Shown here piece after piece: positions 58,201 through 64,000 of a stretch of 64,000 bases of DNA. The DNA lies in assembly GCA_964389905.1 (NCBI GenBank), contig CAYMGD010000006.1, positions 1,826 through 65,825 of the forward strand, given 5' to 3'. Position numbers and translations under genes: made by a program. The notes under the pieces were generated by a model, which worked only from the letters and a program-made list of their open reading frames with translations, was not told the origin of the DNA and made no database searches. This DNA comes from an uncultured Coprobacillus sp. GTDB lineage: Bacteria; Bacillota_I; Bacilli_A; ML615J-28; CAG-698. The stretch's first letter is position 1. Each line of letters begins with the position of its first letter.

Positions 58201-59066
58201 TATTTCGTACTACTTCCGCTAATATAAACGCCATATCCTATAACTTCAACAAGTTTGCCATCATAAGATTTTAAAGTTTCAGAATCTACAGGATAAGAAA
58301 TACTTCCGACAACTTCTGTTCCAGCAATTGTTAAGTTGTAATATGTTCCTGAAACAGATAATGTGGCTTGTAGTTTTACATATTCAACATTAAATGTTTC
58401 TGCCGTTTTTAAAGCCTCTAAGTCTTCAGCTTTTAATTCTTTTGCTTCTTCTTTGTTTATTTCAGCAGTACCTTGTTTTTCATAAGTTGCTGAATCACCA
58501 AATTGAATTGCACCACCATACAAAGATGTTTCACCAGAGATTGCAATTTTATCGCCAACCTTTAGATCGCATTCCCATTCTTTACCTTTATAAACTAATA
58601 CTTTAGCAGTATCATCAGCAAGAAGAAATGATCTTTGCGATATTGCAACAACAACACCTTCTGTTTCATGATTTCCAGCTTCACTAGAAATTACATCTTT
58701 TATTGTTTCTTTTGTACTTACTATTATTTCTTCAGTAATTGTTACTTTAACAGAAACTTTTACATCATCATAATTAACAATACTACCTGTAATAGTAACT
58801 TCACCTGCTTTTTCAGCAATAAATACATTACCATTTTTGTTTGTTATATATCCTTCTTTATCAAAAGAATATCTAACAAGATTTTCTCCTTTTATTCCAG
58901 TAATTGCAGGTTCTAATTCAAATTCATTCCCTACTTTTACTTCAATTGTTGTATTTTTGAACGAAAGTGTTGGAGTAGTAACCTCATCACAACCAATAAA
59001 AACACATACAATTAAGAATAATACAATCACTAAAATTGATTTTACAAAATAATTCTTTTTGTACAT
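55272..59066 (-). CDS. Large multidomain surface (lipo)protein with a C-terminal N-acetylmuramoyl-L-alanine amidase (Amidase_2/PGRP) domain
   Basis: The 1264-aa protein has a signal peptide ending in FIGC. Several Big_2-like Ig modules are present. It has Listeria-Bacteroides-type repeats (GYTFVKWD, GYRFLGWA, GFEFVGWFD). The C-terminus carries FVTVHDTA, SIHYTVGND, AYHAGDG, NSIGIEMN and HNNWSGKNCP. Confidence 0.8.
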   Translation of the reverse strand: MYKKNYFVKSILVIVLFLIVCVFIGCDEVTTPTLSFKNTTIEVKVGNEFELEPAITGIKGENLVRYSFDKEGYITNKNGNVFIAEKAGEVTITGSIVNYDDVKVSVKVTITEEIIVSTKETIKDVISSEAGNHETEGVVVAISQRSFLLADDTAKVLVYKGKEWECDLKVGDKIAISGETSLYGGAIQFGDSATYEKQGTAEINKEEAKELKAEDLEALKTAETFNVEYVKLQATLSVSGTYYNLTIAGTEVVGSISYPVDSETLKSYDGKLVEVIGYGVYISGSSTKYYNIILESITCLEPVITGETEVEVGETITLNVSNATGEIIWSSSNDEIATVSDGVVTGKAKGQVTIMAEVNGTMSQIEITVNGKMYSVKFFDIEGSLITEVKVAEGENAEAPAIPEVEGYTFVKWDREFENVQKNLVVKALYGLTHTIRYELDGGTLSEDAITEYGEGYTYVLEKPVKKGYRFLGWAKEEGSTDYISRITSTTKEDLVLYACYAQRDNYSIVYDFNGGYSDELYAASGKQVTKITINNYNYSNGNFWDGTYSSNIFLGDNNHNPKATFSDRIYIGKDSETKLWKIINIQTANTSVWPEGAEYVLSISSSYGSYRTVHSEVTKLKNDYIIGFSQDFTLTTNSSTTDVYFYEPEITDYKLSVNILKGGVLLAPTRLGFEFVGWFDETGKKYDSYEDFADDVTLIAKWNALNPVTDITVENMPSEMKTGETVQVSSSIVPSDAYFKQIIYSTSDKDIVSVSNTGLLTAINAGTATITITDYIKNIVKEYEIVVYPITSLDITFDDDYTGVLKIGDKVNLKPYALGKDTQDLTFTYSSSNNSIITVDANGNVEAIGLGTAFVTIKDSKSLAAPLEVAFFVDTLSTEDKLDKVLTLLKENNFGVVETGNACLFHDSSNTYYDAVYGSVNRYLFDTFEINRSYEATAEANKSGHKDRRSTDQIEFVTVHDTATLTGTVESIANVMSSGETSIHYTVGNDKIYSVVPEKYIAYHAGDGTGTVFEWIPSGVKAASNTKPDVDLVKVGSKYYFTINGEKSNVEAPISNGSQTIANPSKNSLPVTGPVWKVVNGEYYLGTSWVCFSQNISGIISNHGGNNNSIGIEMNVNTSNDTYDTWQRTARLVADILIRNNLDTTRVMMHNNWSGKNCPQVLIAGNYWDQFMKMVELNYILAKDYADVEISMKSNNPTIVDNTGRVIKAPSTTQTVSYEVTVKSGNESKSVTLYSVVPGTTTWEQWNGLYASTKVWNNGVFAR

Positions 59067-59132
59067 AAATAAACCTTCCTTTTATGATTTGCATCTGAAT
59101 TACTTGATATTTGCAAGCGTATTCATATAATT

Positions 59133-59160
59133 ATTATACCATTTTTTGAGATTTTTTCAA
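59133..59160 (-). promoter_or_regulatory. Promoter of the amidase gene (TTGAAA-N16-TGGTATAAT)
   Basis: The -35 is at 59155-59160 and the -10 at 59133-59138. Confidence 0.55.
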
Positions 59161-59258
59161 TATATATTTCACAAATAATATGCATAATAATAATTTTAAA
59201 TTTATAATGATTAATTTAATTAAAATGTGAAATAATAAAATCATAGGAGGATTAATAA

Positions 59259-59432
59259 ATGACTGAAAAAGAATTATTGTATGTTGAAGATGCAATTGGT
59301 CATCTTAAAATGATGAAGAAAAAATGTGAACGTTACGAAACAATGGTAAACGATCCAAATCTTAAGAGAGTAATTTGCAATTTGAAAATGAAACAGAAAA
59401 ACCTTCACTCTCGACTTTATAATTTATTATAG
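59259..59432 (+). CDS. Small helical protein, 57 aa, partner of the CotF-like gene
   Basis: This ORF is below the track cutoff. AGGAGG lies 7 nt before the ATG at 59259. The product is MTEKELLYVEDAIGHLKMMKKKCERYETMVNDPNLKRVICNLKMKQKNLHSRLYNLL. Confidence 0.5.
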   Translation: MTEKELLYVEDAIGHLKMMKKKCERYETMVNDPNLKRVICNLKMKQKNLHSRLYNLL

Positions 59433-59441
59433 GAGGATTAA

Positions 59442-59684
59442 ATGAACGAAAAAGAATTATTTGAAGATTTACTTAATACTTTAAAAGGTGCTTGTGATTT
59501 ATATATGCATGGAACAATTGAATCAGCAACACCAAACGTTAATAGTGCCTTTAATCAAACACTTTTTGAAACTTTAGAAATGCAAAATGAAGTATACAAC
59601 ACAATGAAAAACTGCGGATGGTATACAGTTCAAAATGTTGAAGGAACTAAACTAGAACAAGCTAAATTAAAAGCTGCCGAGTAA
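59442..59684 (+). CDS. Coat F domain (spore coat protein F-like) protein
   Basis: The 80-aa protein contains LLNTLKGACDLYMHGTIESATPNV...MKNCGWY. An AGGAGG RBS is present. Confidence 0.65.
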   Translation: MNEKELFEDLLNTLKGACDLYMHGTIESATPNVNSAFNQTLFETLEMQNEVYNTMKNCGWYTVQNVEGTKLEQAKLKAAE

Positions 59685-59741
59685 AAAAATCTATACTAGT
59701 AATTATGTAAAACATAATCACTGGTATAGTTTTATTTTTTT
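59684..59741. terminator. Bidirectional terminator between convergent genes
   Basis: An imperfect 17-bp stem CTATACTAGTAATTATG/CATAATCACTGGTATAG is flanked by A7 and T-rich runs. Confidence 0.6.
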
Positions 59742-60424
59742 AGATAATGTTTAATTGCTTCTTTTAAATCTTTAGCACTTTTGAAAGGGAAAATAAAACT
59801 TCTCTTCTTCTTTAGTTCTTTTAATTGCTCACTTATACTAACTTTCAAGTGTTCATATTTTACAACAATATCCAAATCCTTGGCAATTTTTGCAATCTTA
59901 CTTGAAAGATTAAATGAATAACAAATATCAACAAATAATACACCATAAGCAAAGCCTAAAGCAAACAAAGAAATTATATTTTCATTAAAATTTGCTATTA
60001 TTCTTTCAACATATTTATGAACAAATAAATAATATATAGCTACTAGAACAAGCCAAAAGAAAGAAAACAGTGGACAGATAATGCCTTTTATATTACCTTT
60101 TCTAGTACTATAATCCCATAATTTAATATTCATTTTCTTGATAAAAATTATTCCCGTTATATACTCAATAATTGTCATTAAAACTCCTAAAGTAAGAATC
60201 ACAATTACACTTTTTAAATATTCATTAGATATGTTTATCTTAGAAAACAAATATGTTACAACATACATTCCCGTTAATCCAAACCCATATAAAGGTAGTA
60301 TTGGTCCAACTAAAAACCCAGGATTAATCCATTTCTTTGCACTAACAAACCTGCGAAAGAATAGTTCTATAATCCACCCACCAAGTGAACCAAATATGAA
60401 GAGAAAAAGAATATTAAAGAACAT
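59732..60424 (-). CDS. Membrane protein of the putative ABC-transporter type IV (CmpB/DUF1113) family
   Basis: FIFGSLGGWIIELFFRR...NPGFLVGPILPLYGFG is present. I placed the start at 60424. Confidence 0.65.
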   Translation of the reverse strand: MFFNILFLFIFGSLGGWIIELFFRRFVSAKKWINPGFLVGPILPLYGFGLTGMYVVTYLFSKINISNEYLKSVIVILTLGVLMTIIEYITGIIFIKKMNIKLWDYSTRKGNIKGIICPLFSFFWLVLVAIYYLFVHKYVERIIANFNENIISLFALGFAYGVLFVDICYSFNLSSKIAKIAKDLDIVVKYEHLKVSISEQLKELKKKRSFIFPFKSAKDLKEAIKHYLKK

Positions 60425-60911
60425 TTCCACAATCCCCCTTAATTTCATTATATGATTGTTTTTTATCAATTATACACAATAGCCAGCTTTCTTTATGTTT
60501 TGGTATTCTAAAGAAAGTAAGTGGCCACATATGTGTATTAATCATACTTTTTTCTAATTTATTTAAGCCAAATAATTTATCAGCATTTTTTATAGCTATT
60601 TTAGGATGCCTTATACCATGAAATCTTTTTCGGCCTTTGAGAATATGCCAATCATAAAGACAGAAATCATGTAGTAGTGAAGCTCTAATTACTTCTTTCA
60701 AGTGATAATTCTTCTTTCGAAGGGCTGATACGTAACACCTAAAAGCTACATAAATAGTATGATCAAATGTTGAAAAAAAGCCATGCTGAATAAAATCTTT
60801 TTGCCTTTGAAAGTCTTTGTTATTAATTATAGGTTTCGCAATATCAAAAAAATAATTAATTTCTTCTAAAGATAAGCTTGTGCCATACTTTTTAATTAGT
60901 TTTTCGTTCAT
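60414..60911 (-). CDS. HD-domain phosphohydrolase
   Basis: STFDHT, LLHDF and HGIRHP are present. Confidence 0.8.
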   Translation of the reverse strand: MNEKLIKKYGTSLSLEEINYFFDIAKPIINNKDFQRQKDFIQHGFFSTFDHTIYVAFRCYVSALRKKNYHLKEVIRASLLHDFCLYDWHILKGRKRFHGIRHPKIAIKNADKLFGLNKLEKSMINTHMWPLTFFRIPKHKESWLLCIIDKKQSYNEIKGDCGNVL

Positions 60912-60913
60912 AT

Positions 60914-61258
60914 TTATCCTTTATATCTTGAAATAGAATTCTTAGAATAATTCTCTTTTACCACTTTGCAAAGAGAAGCTATAATCTTATTTAGCATTTC
61001 ATCACCGACTTCAGGCACTATATAAAACGGAATAGTTTTAGAGAATGGATAACCAACTTCATCGCAAGCAATAACTTCATCTAAATTTTCTTTAGTCTTT
61101 ATAAAAATAATCTCATCACGGACATAGAAAATAGGTTTATCATCGACATAAATAACATAAACATTATAGGCTTTTCTTATCTTTACTTCATATTGCGATG
61201 CAATTCTATCACAAAGAGCAAATACAAAATCCATTTTATCATCCATTTCATTCACCAT
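60914..61258 (-). CDS. Hypothetical protein, possibly with a TfoX N-terminal-like domain
   Basis: The pattern YVIYVDDKPIFYVRDEIIFIKT...FYIVPE resembles TfoX_N. The assignment is weak. Confidence 0.4.
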   Translation of the reverse strand: MVNEMDDKMDFVFALCDRIASQYEVKIRKAYNVYVIYVDDKPIFYVRDEIIFIKTKENLDEVIACDEVGYPFSKTIPFYIVPEVGDEMLNKIIASLCKVVKENYSKNSISRYKG

Positions 61259-61306
61259 TTTTATTTTATCACAAAGTGTTTATATAGGCAATAATAATCG
61301 TTAGAC

Positions 61307-62098
61307 TTAATTAGATATAATTTTCTTAATAATCCATACTTGCAATTTATCTGGCAAGAAATTAAATAAACGTAATAGAAAACTTCTATTAATATTATAT
61401 ACATATTTAGGTTTATGACTATTAATTATCTTTAAAGACTTCTTAGCTATTTTTTCTGGTATAATGTTTTTAGTTTCTATTTTTGACACTATTTTTTTAA
61501 ATCTTAATGAATTAGTTTTGTAAAGTTTTGTCTTCTCACAAAGTTTGTCTAGTTCAGTCATTGAATCGTTCAATAGATTAGTTTTTACTGCTCCAGGTCT
61601 AAGTATAGACACTTTGATACCCAAAAGATTAACTTCCATACGTAGTGAAAAAGCATACTTTTCAACTGCCGCTTTAGTTATTGAATATATGCCATTAAAT
61701 GGCATAGGATCTAATGGTGCTACTTCGCTTGAAGTTATAATTATTCTACTTCCTTTTTTCATAAAAGGCATAAATATTTTATTTATACGATATATACCAT
61801 TTAAATTAACATCAAATATTTTCATAAAATCTTTTTCATCAATCTCCACAAGTGAATCCATTTTATAAATACCCGCCATATGTATAATAGCATACAAATC
61901 TTTTATTTCTTCCGATATCAATTGATATGTGTTTTGAATACTTTCTAAATTTGTAATATCAGTTTGGTAATAGTTTTTTAAGTTACCTTTATTATCACAT
62001 ATATCAATACCAAACACATTATATCCTTTTTCAGTAAGCAAATGATATGTAGCCTTTCCCATACCACCATATACACCTGTTATAAGTATATTCTTCAT
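61307..62098 (-). CDS. SDR family oxidoreductase
   Basis: ITGVYGGMGKA, SSEV and YSITKAA are present. Confidence 0.85.
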   Translation of the reverse strand: MKNILITGVYGGMGKATYHLLTEKGYNVFGIDICDNKGNLKNYYQTDITNLESIQNTYQLISEEIKDLYAIIHMAGIYKMDSLVEIDEKDFMKIFDVNLNGIYRINKIFMPFMKKGSRIIITSSEVAPLDPMPFNGIYSITKAAVEKYAFSLRMEVNLLGIKVSILRPGAVKTNLLNDSMTELDKLCEKTKLYKTNSLRFKKIVSKIETKNIIPEKIAKKSLKIINSHKPKYVYNINRSFLLRLFNFLPDKLQVWIIKKIISN

Positions 62099-62313
62099 AT
62101 AAAGCCTTTCTAGGATAATATTTTATTATCAACTATTGTAATTTATTTTTTAATCTTCTCTAAAATTGATTTTGAAATGGTTTTTTCATCAAAAAATCAT
62201 TTTTTTGGTCTTTTTTTGTGATTATTTTGTAAAAAAAGTAAATAATTGTATTTAAATTAAATAGTTTTACAATAATTTATTTCAAAATAATTTTATCTAA
62301 TATTATTATATAC

Positions 62314-62362
62314 TAAAAAATGCACTTTTTTCAAGTATAAAATTACTTAAAGTGCATTTTTT
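62314..62362 (-). terminator. Hairpin terminator after the 158-aa gene
   Basis: AAAATGCACTTT-N20-AAAGTGCATTTT is followed by TTAG. The loop is long. Confidence 0.5.
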
Positions 62363-62366
62363 ATTC

Positions 62367-62843
62367 TTACCAATAGTATTCTTCATAAGTTCTTGCAACT
62401 AAATCGTACCACTCATCTTGATTATCTTTTATCGTTTTCAAAAATAAATCATAGTTTTCTTTTTCAACAAGATTGTGTTTTAACATAATTTTGTAAAACT
62501 TTTTCACAGCAGCTAATATTTCTTTATATGATGTAAAAGAACAAAACATACATTTATTTATAAAGAAATATGAAAAGAAGCTATCAATTGAAAACAATCC
62601 ATCTACCATTGTTTCCCCTTCGTAATACACCAAATAATCATTGATGTAGAACTCAGCATATGAAGCGTGTTTATTAATAACTTTGATCGATAAACCTTCT
62701 TCTAGCATTTCTTTATAAAATAATTTTAAGTATTTACTATTTTCTTTTAGTAAAACTTTAAATTCACCATCATATTCGTCATCAAGCTCATCAACACTTT
62801 CATTTAACTTTTTTTCGTATTTTTTTAGTTTTTCTTCGTACAT
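62367..62843 (-). CDS. Hypothetical 158-aa protein, family not recognised
   Basis: The ORF overlaps the upstream methyltransferase gene's 3' end by 19 nt. The central part (FYKEMLEEGLSIKVINKHASYAEFYINDYL) is reminiscent of integrase SAM-like core-binding helices. Confidence 0.5.
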   Translation of the reverse strand: MYEEKLKKYEKKLNESVDELDDEYDGEFKVLLKENSKYLKLFYKEMLEEGLSIKVINKHASYAEFYINDYLVYYEGETMVDGLFSIDSFFSYFFINKCMFCSFTSYKEILAAVKKFYKIMLKHNLVEKENYDLFLKTIKDNQDEWYDLVARTYEEYYW

Positions 62844-64000
62844 TGTTTTCTTTTTAAAATTGTTATTGATTCAATATTAGATGTATTTGGGAACATATCT
62901 AATGGTTGGACATATTCGACATCATAATAGTTCTTTAAATGATTAATATTCTTAGCTAGTGTTGATGGGTTGCATGAAACATAAATTATTCTATCAATTT
63001 CTGATTTTTGGAAATAGTTGATTAACTGTAATTCTAATCCTTTTCTTGGAGGGTCAACAATGCAAACATCTGCTGTAAAGCCTTCTTTTTCGAAGTCATG
63101 CAGTTTGGTTAGGATTTTATCAGAATAGAATTTAGTATTAATGATATTATTTTCTAGGGCAAATGCTTTAGCATTAGCAATATTTTCTTTGTTGATGTCT
63201 ATTCCTCTAACTTCATTTACGTATTTGCTCAAGTATAATCCAATACTACCTATACCACAGAATAAATCTAAAACTTTTTCTTGACCATTAGGATTAATTG
63301 CTTTAACTATTTCATCATATAGTTTTATTGTTTGAGTATTATTTAGTTGGAAGAATGATTGTGGAGATATTTTGAAATGTAAGTGACCTAATTCACCATC
63401 GATTTGATTTTCTCCTGCAATATTTATAACTTTACCTGTAATTATTTCAATTGATTTTGGGTCATTATTGATTGTATAATTTACTGATTTAATGTTATCA
63501 ATCTTAATAACATCTTTTAAAATATTTATTAATCTATTTTCAGTTTCATTTAACACAAATGTTACTTGCATTTCTTTTGTGCTTTCAAAACCCCTTAAAA
63601 CGATATATTTTAAGTTACCTTGGCGGAAACGAGGATTATAAACATTAATACTTGCTTTTGTTAGATATGCAAGTATTTTATCCATTGTTTCTTGAATTAA
63701 CTTGCTTTCGATTAAGCATTTATCGATATAAACCAAACGATTAGAATCTTTTTCGTATATGCCTACAACAACTTTATCGCCATCGTGACGAGTTGGGAGT
63801 TGTGTTTTGTTACGATATTCCCATGGATATTCCATTCCAATAGTATTTTTGAATGCAATTTTATTGAAATTGCCATCATAGTATTTTTCAAATGATTCCT
63901 TGATTAAATCTTTTTTTATTTCAAGTTGATAATCATAAGCTATATGTTGTAGCTGACAGCCACCACATTTTCCGTAGTACTCACATCTTGGCTTAACTCG
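62825..64000 (-). CDS. rlmD: 23S rRNA (uracil-C5)-methyltransferase, RlmD/RlmCD (TrmA) family; the 5' end runs off the window
   Basis: The frame stays open upstream of the track start. My translation is ...PRCEYYGKCGGCQLQHIAYDYQLEIKKDL...NTIGMEYPWEYRNK, which carries the Fe-S Cys cluster. The SAM motif DLFCGIGSIGL and the C-terminal VSCNP are present. Confidence 0.85.
   Translation of the reverse strand, partial: RVKPRCEYYGKCGGCQLQHIAYDYQLEIKKDLIKESFEKYYDGNFNKIAFKNTIGMEYPWEYRNKTQLPTRHDGDKVVVGIYEKDSNRLVYIDKCLIESKLIQETMDKILAYLTKASINVYNPRFRQGNLKYIVLRGFESTKEMQVTFVLNETENRLINILKDVIKIDNIKSVNYTINNDPKSIEIITGKVINIAGENQIDGELGHLHFKISPQSFFQLNNTQTIKLYDEIVKAINPNGQEKVLDLFCGIGSIGLYLSKYVNEVRGIDINKENIANAKAFALENNIINTKFYSDKILTKLHDFEKEGFTADVCIVDPPRKGLELQLINYFQKSEIDRIIYVSCNPSTLAKNINHLKNYYDVEYVQPLDMFPNTSNIESITILKRKQCTKKN

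Noticed and set aside
1-64000. Mollicutes genetic code (UGA = Trp).
   Set aside because: Long ORFs close properly with TGA (for example the antitoxin at 5740). Conserved Trp positions are TGG. The standard-code ORF track gives full-length family matches.

Overview
The window is a very AT-rich (roughly 70% A+T by eye) chromosomal segment using the standard genetic code: TGA terminates ORFs and Trp is TGG. It looks like a low-GC Bacillota genome. By inference it lies near the Erysipelotrichia/Mollicutes branch, because a perfect CIRCE operator controls an N-domain-less clpB, while sporulation-type genes (spoVID/ysxE-like, CotF-like) are also present. About 57 of 62 genes are on the minus strand. 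Most of the content is housekeeping. This includes a LarA-type racemase with malic enzyme and an Ldh_2 oxidoreductase, MATE/MarR, a fused formimidoyltransferase-cyclodeaminase, an S41 peptidase, mraZ-rsmH, a TbADH-like secondary alcohol dehydrogenase, and yceD-rpmF. It also includes an aminotransferase, a NUDIX hydrolase, engB, RNase P RNA (type B), pnp, rpsO, pckA, argS, mtnN and ribF. There is a HAD-TruB fusion, an aroB-aroC-aroE/K-aroF-aroA operon, chorismate mutase, a TrmH methyltransferase, an M42 peptidase, two CNNM/CorC paralogs, three ABC systems, a 1264-aa lipoprotein amidase and the start of an rlmD-type methyltransferase. I found no rRNA, tRNA, CRISPR array, transposase or integrase. 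The accessory or decayed content is small. It comprises an intact Phd/YefM antitoxin with a collapsed PIN toxin remnant, a frameshifted AbiEi antitoxin remnant, a GLUG-repeat surface protein, and a roughly 1.3-kb orphan locus at 42.8-44.1 kb. That orphan locus is the best candidate for something undescribed. It has a consensus promoter, a leader of about 165 nt with mutually exclusive terminator/antiterminator pairings, a 44-codon basic ORF and a 174-codon unrecognisable ORF. This is a modest candidate, not a demonstrated system. Several regulatory sites are directly readable: CIRCE, six MraZ-type boxes phased at 10 nt, a 12-4-12 palindrome at the marR promoter, 19-bp direct repeats at the antitoxin promoter, and nested inverted repeats at the tetR/ABC divergent promoter.
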